This document shows, in pieces, positions 1-10,253 of a stretch of 64,000 nucleotides of DNA. The DNA lies in NCBI GenBank assembly GCA_964647135.1, contig CAZYHP010000001.1, positions 1,511-65,510 on the forward strand, read 5' to 3'. The notes beneath the pieces are model-generated. The model had not been told where the DNA came from, did no database searches, and saw nothing but the letters and a program-made list of their open reading frames with translations. The stretch's first letter is position 1, and every line of letters begins with the position of its first letter. The position numbers and the translations under genes are program-made. The stretch comes from an uncultured Rhodanobacteraceae bacterium. Lineage in GTDB: Bacteria > Pseudomonadota > Gammaproteobacteria > Xanthomonadales > UBA2363.

Positions 1-672
1 GCTGCCGCCGGGCAGGTCGATGGACGAACGACGCACCGCAGTGGCCACCTCGTCGAAGGTCAGCGAAAACTTGCGCAGGTCGGCCTCGGAGACCTCGATC
101 GCCATCTCGAAGGCGCGGTCGCCGGCGAGGTTGACCTTGCGCACGCCGGGCAGCGCGAGGATCTCGTCGCGCACCTGGCGGGCGAGGTTCTTGCGCGCAC
201 GGTCATCGAGATCGCCATAGACGGTGACCCAGACCACCTGCTGCTCGAACAGCACCTCGGAGATGATCGGCTTCTCGGTTTCCGCCGGGAAGTTTGGAAT
301 CGCATCGACGCGCAGCTTGACGTCGTCGAGCACCTTGGTCGCGTCGTGGCCGGTCAGCACCTCGATCTGGACGATGCCGCTGCCTTCGCGCGCGGTGCTG
401 CGGATTTCCTTGATGCCCTCGATGTCGGCGACGGCTTCCTCGATCTTGACGACCACGCCTTCCTCGACCTCGGACGGCGCGGCGCCACGGTAAGGCACCA
501 CCACCTGCACGAGGTTCGATTCGAAGGCCGGGAACGTGCGCTTCTGGATGCCCTGGTAGGACAGGAAGCCGGCGATCATGATCACCGCCATCAGCAGGTT
601 GGCGGCGACCGGGTTGCGCGTGAACCAGCCGATGATGCCTTCGTGGTCGTCGTTGAAGCGGTTCGGGTTCAT
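1..672 (-). CDS. RND (AcrB/HAE1-type) efflux permease, N-terminal 224 codons; the gene continues past the window start
   Basis: Not in the ORF track because it runs off the edge. My translation from the ATG (complement of 670-672) reads MNPNRFNDDHEGIIGWFTRNPVAANLLMAVIMIAGFLSYQGIQKRTFPAFES...VVVPYRGAAPSEVEEGVV, a typical TM1 plus periplasmic porter start of RND pumps. It starts 4 nt after the stop of the adaptor gene. Confidence 0.8.
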   Translation of the reverse strand, partial: MNPNRFNDDHEGIIGWFTRNPVAANLLMAVIMIAGFLSYQGIQKRTFPAFESNLVQVVVPYRGAAPSEVEEGVVVKIEEAVADIEGIKEIRSTAREGSGIVQIEVLTGHDATKVLDDVKLRVDAIPNFPAETEKPIISEVLFEQQVVWVTVYGDLDDRARKNLARQVRDEILALPGVRKVNLAGDRAFEMAIEVSEADLRKFSLTFDEVATAVRRSSIDLPGGS

Positions 673-676
673 GGCC

Positions 677-1897
677 TTACTCCACCGGGTCCGAGTCGTC
701 CGCCGGGTCGGCGGCGACCGCCGCGCGGCCGGTGGCGGCGACGGCGGCGCCCTCGTTCACGCGCACCGGCATGCCGTCGACCGGCGACGGCATGCTCGAC
801 ACGATGATGCGCTCGCCCTCGGCGATGCCCCCGTCGACATAGGCATGGCTGGCATCGCTGCGCACGATGTGCACCTCGCGCAGGCGCAGGCGCTGGTCGG
901 CGTCGACGGTCATCACCTGGTTGCTGCCGCGCAGCGCCTGTCGTGGCACGGCGACCGCGGCATGTCCGATGCTGGCCGGCAGTTCCGCATTCACGAACGT
1001 GCCGAAGCTGAGCACGTGTGGATGCGTGCTGTCCTTCTGGCGACCGTAGGGATCATCGATGCGCGCGACGGCGTAGATCACGCGCGAACGCTCGTCGATG
1101 ACGCGTTCCGAGCGCACCAGGCGCGCCGGCCAGCTGTAGCGGGTGCCGGCGATGGTGGCGCTGAGGGTCATGGCGATGCTGTCTTCGGCGCCCGGCGCCG
1201 GCAACGTGACGAAGCTGGCGTCGTGCTCGGTCAGCGGCAGGCGGATTTCCGCGATGTCGGTGGCATACAGCTCGGCCAGTTGCGTGCCGGTGCCGACGAA
1301 CTGGCCGATATCGACGCGCTTGTCGCGCAGCAGGCCGTCGTAGGGCGCGCGGATGACCGTGCGGTCGACGTTGATGCGCGCCTGCTGCAGTTCCGCTTCG
1401 GCGGCACGCAGGTTGGCTTCGGCTTCGGCCACGTAGGGCTTGCGCAGCACCAGGTCGCTGGGCGTACCGGCGCGGCGCAGGTTCTCCCAGTCGCGCAGCG
1501 CCTGGTCGGCGCGGGCACGTTCCTGCGCCAGCAGTGCTTCGCGGTTGGCGACGGCGGCTTCGGCGCGGCGCAGCGCTGCCTGGTAATCGCGCGGGTCGAT
1601 GCGCAGCAGGACGTCGCCGCGTCGGAAGAAACCGCCGGCATTGAACTGTTCCGCCACGTCGACGACAACGCCCGACACTTCGGAGACCAGCACCGTCTGG
1701 GTGCGCGGCTGCACCGTGCCCTGGGCGCGGACGACGAAGTCGGCGGCAACGGAGCGTGCCTCCTCGACCTCGACCAGCGGCGTCGTCACCGCGGCTTCCT
1801 GTTTCGCGGGTGCCGGCCGCATGTTGATCAGCACGAAGGTCAGGGCGATGGCGGCGACCGGAATCAGGATCGGGAGCAGGCGTTTGGGCAGGCGCAT
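677..1897 (-). CDS. RND efflux periplasmic adaptor (HlyD/MFP family)
   Basis: ORF 677..1909. It has an N-terminal membrane anchor (LLPILIPVAAIALTFVL), a coiled-coil hairpin (YQAALRRAEAAVANREALLAQERARADQAL...AEANLRAAEAELQQARINVDRT) and beta-barrel segments. It lies immediately upstream of an RND permease. The track start is TTG; I chose the first ATG (MRLPKRLL) at 1897. Confidence 0.85.
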   Translation of the reverse strand: MRLPKRLLPILIPVAAIALTFVLINMRPAPAKQEAAVTTPLVEVEEARSVAADFVVRAQGTVQPRTQTVLVSEVSGVVVDVAEQFNAGGFFRRGDVLLRIDPRDYQAALRRAEAAVANREALLAQERARADQALRDWENLRRAGTPSDLVLRKPYVAEAEANLRAAEAELQQARINVDRTVIRAPYDGLLRDKRVDIGQFVGTGTQLAELYATDIAEIRLPLTEHDASFVTLPAPGAEDSIAMTLSATIAGTRYSWPARLVRSERVIDERSRVIYAVARIDDPYGRQKDSTHPHVLSFGTFVNAELPASIGHAAVAVPRQALRGSNQVMTVDADQRLRLREVHIVRSDASHAYVDGGIAEGERIIVSSMPSPVDGMPVRVNEGAAVAATGRAAVAADPADDSDPVE

Positions 1898-2026
1898 GGG
1901 CGTGGGCAACAGCTGGTAGGAGGAGTGTCCGCGATTGTCCGGTTCCGGACGGCGACGGAAAGGGCCAGAAGTCAGGGGCGGACGTCCGGGGCGGTCAGCG
2001 CCAGCGACCGCCCTGTCCGCGGGCGG

Positions 2027-4516
2027 TCATTCGCTGCGCCGGCGCGTGCGGTGGGTCGCCGGCGCCGTCCAGGGGTCGTCCGGCCAGGGATGCTTGGGGT
2101 AGCGGCCCTTGAGCTCCTTGCGGACCTCGGCGTAGGTGCGCTGCCAGAAGCCGGCCAGGTCGGCGGTGACCTGGATCGGGCGCTGTGCCGGCGACAGCAG
2201 GTGCAGCAGCACCGGCACCTTGCCACCGGCGACGCTCGGACCTTCGGCGGCGCCGAACAGTTCCTGCAGTTTGACCGCCAGCACCGGCGCCTGGCCCGGC
2301 TCGTAGTGCAGGCGCAGTTCGCGACCGCTGGGCACCGTGACGGCGACCGGTGCCAGCCGGTTCACCGCCTGCTGCTGGGCGTGGTCAAGGCGGGCGCGAA
2401 GGGCCTGCCCGAGTTCGTCCGCCGACAGGGCCGACAGTTTCGACTTGCCGGCCAGGAACGGCCCCAGCCAGTCCTCGACGCAGGCGAGCAGCGCCTCGTC
2501 GTCACAGGCCGGCAACGCCAGCGCCGGGCTCCACTCGCGCACACAGGCGACACGGGCCTGCCACTGCCGCAAGGCGTCGGTCCATGGCAAGGCCGCCAGC
2601 CCGAGCTGGCGGACGCCGTCGAGCAGGCCGGCCACGCGCTGCGCCGGGTCGGTGACGGCGATCCGTTCGCGTTCCAGCACCAGGTCCATGAAGCGCTGCT
2701 CGCGGAACACCGCGACCGCCTGCGTGGCGGCGTCGAAACGACCCTGCTCGACGGTCTGGAAGCGCTCCGGGAACAGCCGCCGCAGCTGCGCGGGATCGAA
2801 GGGCGCGGCTTTCAGGATCAGGCTGTCGCGGGCGTCGTAGCGCAGCTCGGGGACGACCAGCCAGGGCTCGCCGCGCAGCGCCGAGTTGTCATGGAGTCGG
2901 GCGCCGCGGCCGTTGCTGAGCTGGTAGCGCGAGGCGTCACGCGGGTGCTGGCGGGCGATCCGGTCCGGAAACGCCGCCAGCAGCAGGTCGCCGAGGCGAT
3001 GGCGGTCGATCTCCGGCGGCGCTTCCGCGGCGCGCAGGCGACGACGCCATTGCCGCGACTGCTCGGCCAAGGCCGCCAATGCATCGCGGCTGCTGTCGGC
3101 GGCGCCGGCCCGGCGCGCCCGGAAGCCGGCAAGCACGCGCCAGCGCAGGTCGAGGCGATCATCACGCGCATCCTCGCCGCGCAGGGGATCGCGGCCTTCG
3201 AGCAGGGCGATGAGGTCGGCACACAGCGCGCTGTCTTCATCGGTGCTCGCGCGCGACGCCATCGCCGCCAGGCGCGGATGTGTACCCAGCGCCAGCACCT
3301 GCCGGCCGAACGGCGTGATGCGGCCCTGCCCGTCCAGCGCGCCGAGTGCGCGCAGCGTGTCCACGGCCTGGGCGACATGGCCCGCCGGTGGCGGATCGAG
3401 GAAACGCAGCGCATCGCTGCCCCAGGCGCGCAGTTCCAGCAGCAGGCCGGACAGTTCGACCTGCGCCAGCTCCGGTCGGGTGGCGGGATCGAGGCGCAGG
3501 CTTTCCGGCCACAGGCGCAGGCACAGGCCGGGGCCGAGGCGGCCGGCGCGGCCGGCGCGCTGCGTGGCCGAGGGCGCGGTGATCGTCACTGTCGCCAGCC
3601 GGCTGAAGCCCGAGTTGGGATCGAAGCGGGGTTCACGCGCCAGGCCGGTGTCGACGACGGCACGCACACCCGGCAGCGTGACGCTGGATTCGGCGACGTT
3701 GGTGGCCAGCACGATGCGGCGACGACCCGCGGGGTCGGGCGACAAGGCCGCCGCCTGTGCCGAGAGGTCGAGGTCGCCATGCAGTTCGACCACGACGGCA
3801 TCGCCGCCGTCGAGGCGGCGCGCGACCTGAGAGATTTCGCGGCGACCGGGCAGGAACACGAGCACGTCGCCTTCGCTGGCGGAAAGCGCCTCGCGTACCA
3901 TGCGCGGCACGGCGGAGACCGCGTCCTCGCCGGGTCGCAACAACGGATGCCGGATCTCGACCGGAAAGCTGCGGCCTTGCGAGCGGATGCGCGGCGCATC
4001 CAGGAACGCAGCCAGGCGTTCGCCTTCCAGCGTGGCCGACATCACCAGCAGGCGCAGGTCGGGACGCAGGCCCGCCTGCACATCCAGCGCCAGCGCCAGG
4101 CCCAGGTCGGTGTTCAGATGGCGCTCGTGGAATTCGTCGAAGAGGAGGGCGCCGACGCCTTCCAGCGTCGGATCGTCCTGCAGCATGCGGGTGAGGATGC
4201 CCTCGGTCACCACCTCGATGCGGGTCGCCGCCGAGACCCTGGCTTCGAAGCGCACGCGGTAGCCGACCGTGGCACCCGCTTCCTCGCCCAGCGATGCGGC
4301 AATGAAGCGCGCGGCACTGCGCGCGGCCAGCCGCCGCGGCTCCAGCATCAGGATCCTGCCGCCGGACAGCCAGGGTGCGTCCAGCAGCGCCAGCGGCACG
4401 CGCGTGGTCTTGCCGGCGCCCGGCGGCGCTTCCAGCACCACGCGCGGGTGCGTCGCCAGGCTGGCAAGCAGTGCCGGCAGGACCGCGTCGATGGGAAGCG
4501 CGGAGGGCGGGGTCAT
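2027..4516 (-). CDS. hrpB: ATP-dependent RNA helicase HrpB (DEAH-box)
   Basis: 829 aa. Walker A is EAPPGAGKTTRVP and the DEAH-type box is LLFDEFHERHL, followed by TNVAESSVT and QRAGRAGR motifs. Length and the C-terminal HrpB-type domain fit. Confidence 0.9.
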   Translation of the reverse strand: MTPPSALPIDAVLPALLASLATHPRVVLEAPPGAGKTTRVPLALLDAPWLSGGRILMLEPRRLAARSAARFIAASLGEEAGATVGYRVRFEARVSAATRIEVVTEGILTRMLQDDPTLEGVGALLFDEFHERHLNTDLGLALALDVQAGLRPDLRLLVMSATLEGERLAAFLDAPRIRSQGRSFPVEIRHPLLRPGEDAVSAVPRMVREALSASEGDVLVFLPGRREISQVARRLDGGDAVVVELHGDLDLSAQAAALSPDPAGRRRIVLATNVAESSVTLPGVRAVVDTGLAREPRFDPNSGFSRLATVTITAPSATQRAGRAGRLGPGLCLRLWPESLRLDPATRPELAQVELSGLLLELRAWGSDALRFLDPPPAGHVAQAVDTLRALGALDGQGRITPFGRQVLALGTHPRLAAMASRASTDEDSALCADLIALLEGRDPLRGEDARDDRLDLRWRVLAGFRARRAGAADSSRDALAALAEQSRQWRRRLRAAEAPPEIDRHRLGDLLLAAFPDRIARQHPRDASRYQLSNGRGARLHDNSALRGEPWLVVPELRYDARDSLILKAAPFDPAQLRRLFPERFQTVEQGRFDAATQAVAVFREQRFMDLVLERERIAVTDPAQRVAGLLDGVRQLGLAALPWTDALRQWQARVACVREWSPALALPACDDEALLACVEDWLGPFLAGKSKLSALSADELGQALRARLDHAQQQAVNRLAPVAVTVPSGRELRLHYEPGQAPVLAVKLQELFGAAEGPSVAGGKVPVLLHLLSPAQRPIQVTADLAGFWQRTYAEVRKELKGRYPKHPWPDDPWTAPATHRTRRRSE

Positions 4517-4598
4517 GCGAGGGATGCGACAGGGCCGCGGTGGAGACGACGAGGGCGCCCGCAGGCGCCCTCGTCAGACCGGCTGTTGCAGCACGTCG

Positions 4599-5654
4599 TC
4601 AGCGCTGGGCTTCGAGTGTCTCGATGGCAGCCCGCATCAGCGCCGCGGTCGCCGCCGGATCGGCACGGTCGCGTTTCGCCTGCGGCGTGGCGGACGGGCC
4701 CGTCAACGGCAACGAATGCCAGGGCGCGACGCCCACCGCTGCCCCCTTGCTGTCCGCCGTGTCGCCGGGCTGCGCGCTTGGGGCGTTGTCGTCGCCATCG
4801 ACGAAGGCACGGCTCGCACTGCGCCACCCACGCACCGGCAGCACATAGTAATTGTTGCTGTCGAGGCAGTTGCCGATCAGGTCGGAAATGCTGCGCGGAC
4901 AGCGTTTGGCATAACCGCGGAAGGTGTTGAGGTTGGCTTCCACCTCATAGACCAGGAACGTCGTCGCCTCGTCCTCGACGACGATGAAGTAGGTGTCGTC
5001 GGTCGGGCTGTAGTAGCCGGTTGCACCATGGCTGTTCAAGGCCGCGGTGCTGCACTGGCCGACCGTGCTGTTCTCCGGGCGGCAACCGTCGAAGTAGGCG
5101 ATTCCACTGTTCGCGTAGGTGCGGTCGAAGACCAGCACGTCGCCGAAGAACGGAAACGCCCGGGCGTCGGGGATGTTGCTGAAATCCAGCGTCGCATGCC
5201 ATTCACCACGCCAGATGCCGGTGCGTGGCGAGGCGTCGCTGCCGTAGCTGAGGCGGAAGTTGTGGCGCTGGATCGGAATCGTGCGGCCGCCGATTGTGAC
5301 CAGTGCGGTGCTCTCGGTCAGGAACTCGACGTCGATGTCGCCGCCGGTGGCGAAGGCGGTGGACGGGCGGAAGTTGCAACCCAGGCAGGTGCCGTTCTCG
5401 GCGGAGTAGAGCTGGTTGAGGAACACCGCGTTGTTCTCCATGGTGCCCTGCGCGGCATACCAGGTCGCATCGCCGCCGTTGGTGTAGCTGAAGACCACCA
5501 TGAAGACGTAGTCGTCCTGGATCTCGATGGCGAAGCCGTAACCGGGCTCGTCGGGATTCCACCACCAGCCGGATTCCGGCGTAAACGCGCGCGCCAGCGG
5601 CGCGGCCAGAGCCAGCGCGCAGGCCAGCAGGAAAGATGACAGCAGTCTGATCAT
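4599..5654 (-). CDS. Secreted protein of unknown function with an N-terminal W-W-x-P...G-x-G module
   Basis: ORF 4599..5735, trimmed to the internal ATG that gives a signal peptide (MIRLLSSFLLACALALAAPLARA/F). GC3-rich. No family recognised. It shares a motif block with the 35863..37707 protein. Confidence 0.7.
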   Translation of the reverse strand: MIRLLSSFLLACALALAAPLARAFTPESGWWWNPDEPGYGFAIEIQDDYVFMVVFSYTNGGDATWYAAQGTMENNAVFLNQLYSAENGTCLGCNFRPSTAFATGGDIDVEFLTESTALVTIGGRTIPIQRHNFRLSYGSDASPRTGIWRGEWHATLDFSNIPDARAFPFFGDVLVFDRTYANSGIAYFDGCRPENSTVGQCSTAALNSHGATGYYSPTDDTYFIVVEDEATTFLVYEVEANLNTFRGYAKRCPRSISDLIGNCLDSNNYYVLPVRGWRSASRAFVDGDDNAPSAQPGDTADSKGAAVGVAPWHSLPLTGPSATPQAKRDRADPAATAALMRAAIETLEAQR

Positions 5655-5813
5655 TCCAGTACCCCTGATTGGTGGTGAGTGCCCAAAGACTAATACCGTG
5701 CCGATGGACTGTCGTGAACCGGCGCTGTCCCGCACGGCGGTCCGCGGACGACGGGCAAGGCTACACTACGCGGCCCGCGCGGGCACGGTCCGCGCCCCGT
5801 CATGCCCTGAATC

Positions 5814-6617
5814 ATGGATCTCATCGACATCGGCGCCAACCTGGGCCACGAATCCTTCGCCCACGATTTCGACGCGGTGCTGCAGCGCGCCTTCGATGCC
5901 GGCGTGTCGCAGCTGGTCGTCACCGGCGCCAGCGAAGCCGGCAGCATCGCCGCCCTGGAACTGGCACAGCGCCGTCCCGGTCGCCTGTTCGCCACTGCCG
6001 GCGTGCATCCGCACCATGCCGCCGATTTCTCCAGCCATATCGAGAGCGTTCTCGCCGACCTGCACCGCCACGAAACCGTGCGTGCAGTGGGCGAGTGCGG
6101 CCTGGACTACCACCGCGATTTCTCGCCGCGCCCGGCGCAGCGCCGTGCCTTCGAACGGCAGCTGGAGCTGGCGGTCGCCTGCGGCAAGCCGCTGTTCCTG
6201 CACCAGCGCGATGCCCACGCCGATTTCATGGCCATCCTGCGCGACTTCAGCGGCCGTCTCGGTGCGGCCGTGGTGCATTGCTTCACCGGCAGTGGCGAGG
6301 AAATGCGCGCCTATCTCGATGCCGGCTGGCATATCGGCATCACCGGCTGGCTCTGCGACGAACGCCGCGGCCTGCACCTGCGCGAACTGGTCCGCGACAT
6401 TCCCGCCGACCGCCTGATGATCGAAACGGATGCGCCCTACCTGTTGCCGCGCACGGTGCGGCCGATGCCCTCGCATCGCCGCAACGAGCCGATGTACCTG
6501 GCGCATATCGTCGAGGAACTGGCGCGAGACCGTGGCGAGGACATCGCCGTGACCGCTGCCGCCACGACGGCGACGGCGCGGGCGTTCTTTTCGCTGCCGC
6601 CGGTGGTGTCGGACTGA
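5814..6617 (+). CDS. tatD: TatD-family metal-dependent DNase/hydrolase
   Basis: 267 aa. It begins MDLIDIGANL...GVHPHHA...ECGLDYHRDFS...PLFLHQRDAH...VVHCFTG...ETDAPYLLP, the characteristic TatD/YjjV motif series. Confidence 0.9.
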   Translation: MDLIDIGANLGHESFAHDFDAVLQRAFDAGVSQLVVTGASEAGSIAALELAQRRPGRLFATAGVHPHHAADFSSHIESVLADLHRHETVRAVGECGLDYHRDFSPRPAQRRAFERQLELAVACGKPLFLHQRDAHADFMAILRDFSGRLGAAVVHCFTGSGEEMRAYLDAGWHIGITGWLCDERRGLHLRELVRDIPADRLMIETDAPYLLPRTVRPMPSHRRNEPMYLAHIVEELARDRGEDIAVTAAATTATARAFFSLPPVVSD

Positions 6618-6747
6618 CATCTTCGCAGCGCCGCGCCGGCACCCGGCGCGACAGCGTCGGACCGGCCGCGTGCCGCCCGCAGCGACCGGACCTGCAGCCG
6701 CCGCGGCGGGCAGAACCCGGTGGCGGCATTGCCGCGCGCAGCGCCGC

Positions 6748-8325
6748 TCAGTCTGCGTCGGACTCGGCCTGAAGCGGCTGCGCCACCAGGCGTTCGATGC
6801 GGTTGCCGCTCATGGCATCGACGGTGAAGCGCCAGCTGCCGATATCGATACCCTCGCCTTCGCCGGGAATGCTGCCCATGGCCTCGAGCACCAGGCCTGC
6901 GGCCGTGTGGTAGTCGACGTCGTCGGACAGGTCGAGCCCGAGGCGGTCACGAAGCTCATCCAGCCCCGTCCGGCCATCCACCGTCCATGTGCCGTCGTCG
7001 TTGAGCACCATCAACGCCGTGACCGGATCGTGTTCGTCCGGCAGTTCGCCGGCAATCGCCTCCATGACGTCGGTGGCGGTGACCAGCCCGATCAGGGAAC
7101 CGAATTCGTCGACGACGAAGGCCAGCTGCAGCGGTTCGCGCTTGAAGCGTTCCAGCGCCGCCAGCACGGTGGCGAATTCCGGCAGGACCGGTGGCTGCAG
7201 GATGTGCCGGTCGAGGTCGAGGTCGCGACCGGCGAGCAGGTCGGGCAACAGGTCCTTCTTCTGCAGGATGCCCAGCGGATCGTCGCTGCGGCCATCGCGC
7301 ACGGCGACCACGCGCGAATAGGGGGTTTCGACCAGCTCGCGGCGCACGCGCTCCGGTTCGTCATCGAGATCGATCCAGTCGATGTCGGTGCGGGGCGTCA
7401 TGATGGCGGTGACCGGACGCTCGGCGAGCGTCAACACGCCCTGGATCATGCTGCGCTCGGCCGGCTGGAACGCGGCTTCCATCTGCGCGGCGCTGGTGTC
7501 GATGGTGGCCGACGCCGGCTGCAGGGCGGCTTCGCTGCCGTACTCGACGCGCCCGCCGAGCATGCGCAGCACGGCGTCGGCGGTGCGGTCGCGGAAGGGC
7601 CGGCGACGGTCGACCTTGCGGCGGTTCGCGCTGGCGACCTGGTTGAAGGTCTCGATGACGATGGCAAAACCGATGGCCGCGTAGAGGTAGCCCTTCGGGA
7701 TGTGGAAACCCATGCCTTCGGCGACCAGGCTGAAACCGATCATCAGCAGCAGGCCGAGGCAGAGGATGATCAGCGTCGGATGGGCGCTGACGAAACGGGT
7801 CAGCGGCTTGCTGGCGATCATCATCACGACGATGGCCAGTACGACGGCGATCATCATCACCGTCAGATGGTCGACCATGCCGACGGCGGTGATCACCGAG
7901 TCCAGCGAAAACACCGCATCGAGCACGACGATCTGGGCGAGCACGACGCCGAAGCTGGCGAAGACCTGCTTGCCGGCGGTGCGATGGTCGCTGCCCTCGA
8001 GGCGCTCGTGCAGCTCCATGGTCGCCTTGAAGAGCAGGAACAGGCCACCGCCGAGCAGGATCAGGTCACGACCCGAGAACTCATGGCCGAATACCGCGAA
8101 CAGCGGCTCGGTCAGCGTCACCAGCCAGGAAATGCTCGCCAGCAGCGCCAGACGCATGACCAGGGCCAGGCTCAGGCCGATCAGGCGGGCCTTGTCGCGC
8201 TGCTCGGGCGGCAGCTTGTCCGCGAGGATCGCGATGAACACCAGGTTGTCGATGCCGAGCACCAGCTCGAGCACGATCAGTGTCGCCAGGCCCATCCAGG
8301 CCGATGGATCTGCTATCCATTCCAT
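6748..8325 (-). CDS. TerC-family integral membrane protein fused to CBS pair and CorC/HlyC transporter-associated domain (YoaE-like)
   Basis: The track ORF 6748..9141 is over-extended with an Arg/His-rich junk N-terminus. The real start is [31 protein letters not shown] (TerC motif). The C-terminal part has CBS-like and CorC_HlyC-like segments ([22 protein letters not shown]). Confidence 0.85.
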   Translation of the reverse strand: MEWIADPSAWMGLATLIVLELVLGIDNLVFIAILADKLPPEQRDKARLIGLSLALVMRLALLASISWLVTLTEPLFAVFGHEFSGRDLILLGGGLFLLFKATMELHERLEGSDHRTAGKQVFASFGVVLAQIVVLDAVFSLDSVITAVGMVDHLTVMMIAVVLAIVVMMIASKPLTRFVSAHPTLIILCLGLLLMIGFSLVAEGMGFHIPKGYLYAAIGFAIVIETFNQVASANRRKVDRRRPFRDRTADAVLRMLGGRVEYGSEAALQPASATIDTSAAQMEAAFQPAERSMIQGVLTLAERPVTAIMTPRTDIDWIDLDDEPERVRRELVETPYSRVVAVRDGRSDDPLGILQKKDLLPDLLAGRDLDLDRHILQPPVLPEFATVLAALERFKREPLQLAFVVDEFGSLIGLVTATDVMEAIAGELPDEHDPVTALMVLNDDGTWTVDGRTGLDELRDRLGLDLSDDVDYHTAAGLVLEAMGSIPGEGEGIDIGSWRFTVDAMSGNRIERLVAQPLQAESDAD

Positions 8326-8384
8326 GAGGAGTGCTTCGTATGGGGTCCGGTATGACTCTACAGGTTGGGCCGGTCTTGGCGCGA

Positions 8385-9191
8385 CTAGCTGCGCAGGCCG
8401 ATGCCGCGATGCAACAACCAGAGTGAAATCGCGGTCAGTACCACCGTGGCGATGCCGATGACGGCATAGGCGGTGGCCAGGGACACGTCGCTGACGCCGA
8501 GGAGGCCGTAGCGGAAGGCGTTGACCATGTGCAGGATCGGATTGGCCTGCGACACCGCCTGCCAGAGCGGCGGCAGCAGGCTGATCGAATAGAACACGCC
8601 GCCCAGGTAGCTCAACGGCGTGAGGATGAAGGTCGGCACGATGGCGACGTCGTCGAACTTGCGCGCGAACACGGCGTTGATGAAGCCGGCCAGCGAGAAC
8701 ACGATGGCAGTGAGGATCGCGCTGCTCACCGTCACCAGCGGATTGGCGATGCGCACGGTGGTGAACATCATGGCGATCAGCAGCACGATGACGCCGCACA
8801 TCAGCCCGCGCAACACGCCGCCGCCGACGTAGCCGGCCAGGATCACCCAGCTGGGCATCGGCGAGACGAGCATCTCCTCGACATGCTTGCCGAACTTGGC
8901 GCCGAAGAAGCTGGAAACGATGTTGCCGTAGCTGTTGGTGATGACGCTCATCATCACCAGGCCGGGAACGATGAAGTCGATGTAGGCGATGCCGTCCATC
9001 TGCCCGATGCGGCCGCCGATCAGCGTGCCGAAGATCAGGAAGTACAGCGTCATGGTGATCGCCGGGGGCACCAGCGTCTGGCTCCAGATGCGCAGGATGC
9101 GGCTGACCTCGCGACGCAGGATGGTGAGCAGCGCGACCCACTTCTCGCGGGCGCCGTAGCCGGCGTGGTCGGCGACTTCGCGGGCGTCCAT
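8385..9191 (-). CDS. ABC-2 type transporter permease (YadH-like)
   Basis: This is the C-terminal part of track ORF 8385..10388. The start MDAREVADH overlaps the ATPase stop as TGATG (9189-9193). Six predicted TM helices, typical of the ABC-2 family. Confidence 0.8.
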   Translation of the reverse strand: MDAREVADHAGYGAREKWVALLTILRREVSRILRIWSQTLVPPAITMTLYFLIFGTLIGGRIGQMDGIAYIDFIVPGLVMMSVITNSYGNIVSSFFGAKFGKHVEEMLVSPMPSWVILAGYVGGGVLRGLMCGVIVLLIAMMFTTVRIANPLVTVSSAILTAIVFSLAGFINAVFARKFDDVAIVPTFILTPLSYLGGVFYSISLLPPLWQAVSQANPILHMVNAFRYGLLGVSDVSLATAYAVIGIATVVLTAISLWLLHRGIGLRS

Positions 9192-10123
9192 CACGCCACC
9201 TCCGCCGGTCGGTCGACCAGTCGCATGAACAGTTCCTCGAGGCGGTTGGCCTTGTTGCGCATCGACTTGACGCGGACGCCGCTGGCGTTCAGCGCGGCGA
9301 AGACGGCGCTGAGATCGACCTGCTTGGGCACCTCCGCTTCCAGGGTCTGCGCATCGACCAGAACGAAGCGCACGCCATCGAGCTGTGGCAGGGCCGGCGT
9401 CGCGCCGTCGATGTCTAGCACGAACTGCTCGACGTCGAGCTTGGCCAGCAGGGCGCGCATCGAGGTGTTCTCGATGATCCCGCCCTTGTCGATGATGGCG
9501 ATGTTGCGGCACAGCTGCTCGGCCTCCTCGAGGTAGTGCGTCGTGAGGATCACCGTGGTGCCGGCCTGGTTGATCTGGCGCACGAACGACCACATCGACC
9601 GGCGGATCTCGATGTCGACGCCGGCGGTGGGCTCGTCGAGGATCAGCAGTCGCGGCTCGTTCATCATCGCCCGCGCCACCATCAGCCGGCGCTTCATGCC
9701 GCCGGAGAGGGTTCGCGACATGACGTTGCGCTTGTCCCACAGCGCCAGCTGCGTCAGGTATTTCTCGGCGCGCTCCAGGGCGATGCGCCGCGGGACGCCG
9801 TAGAAGCCGGCCTGGTTGACGAGGATGTCCACCGGCTTCTCGAACATGTTGAAGTTGAGTTCCTGCGGCACCAGGCCGATCAGGCTCATCGCCCGGCTGC
9901 GCTCGCGCAGCACGCTGACGCCGAAGACGTCGGCTTCGCCGGCGCTGGCGTTGACCAGCGACGAGACGATGCCGATCAGCGTCGACTTGCCGGCGCCATT
10001 GGGACCGAGCAGGGCGAAGAAATCGCCGTCTGCCACCTCCAGGCTGACGCCTTTCAATGCCTCGACGCCGTTGCCGTAGGTCTTGCGCAGGTCGCGGATC
10101 GAAAGGGCGGTCGGCTGGCTCAT
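9191..10123 (-). CDS. ABC transporter ATP-binding protein (YadG-like)
   Basis: 310 aa. Walker A is GPNGAGKST, the signature is LSGGMKRRL and Walker B is [12 protein letters not shown]. It is translationally coupled to the downstream permease. Confidence 0.9.
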   Translation of the reverse strand: MSQPTALSIRDLRKTYGNGVEALKGVSLEVADGDFFALLGPNGAGKSTLIGIVSSLVNASAGEADVFGVSVLRERSRAMSLIGLVPQELNFNMFEKPVDILVNQAGFYGVPRRIALERAEKYLTQLALWDKRNVMSRTLSGGMKRRLMVARAMMNEPRLLILDEPTAGVDIEIRRSMWSFVRQINQAGTTVILTTHYLEEAEQLCRNIAIIDKGGIIENTSMRALLAKLDVEQFVLDIDGATPALPQLDGVRFVLVDAQTLEAEVPKQVDLSAVFAALNASGVRVKSMRNKANRLEELFMRLVDRPAEVA

Positions 10124-10253
10124 GCTTGGGTCGGCTGGGTAGGCCGGTTAGTATAGGCGCTCGCCGGCGGGACCATGGCGCACCTGAATCGCCGCGACGG
10201 CATCCAGGCGCGTCCTGTCCGTCCGACCCACTCCCGTCGTACGCAGTCCGTCC

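Noticed and set aside
578-4930. 1450-aa plus-strand ORF, the longest in the track
   Set aside because: It is antisense to the adaptor and hrpB genes, both of which have clear motifs. The product is Arg/Ala/Gly/His-rich low-complexity sequence with no recognisable motif. This is a typical high-GC shadow ORF.
6618-6747. GC-rich imperfect inverted repeats between the convergent tatD and TerC-family genes, considered as a bidirectional terminator or REP element
   Set aside because: The stems are imperfect and have no flanking T-tracts. I could not find a second copy in the window to support a repeat family.
8326-9141. N-terminal 272 codons of track ORF 6748..9141. Similar extensions occur in 8385..10388, 10660..12525, 18132..19850, 48392..51499, 53843..55630, 55557..56735 and 41454..42554.
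   Set aside because: These are read-through of stop-free GC-rich sequence that overlaps neighbouring real genes. Each was trimmed to the internal start that yields a proper signal peptide or family-typical N-terminus and a Shine-Dalgarno.
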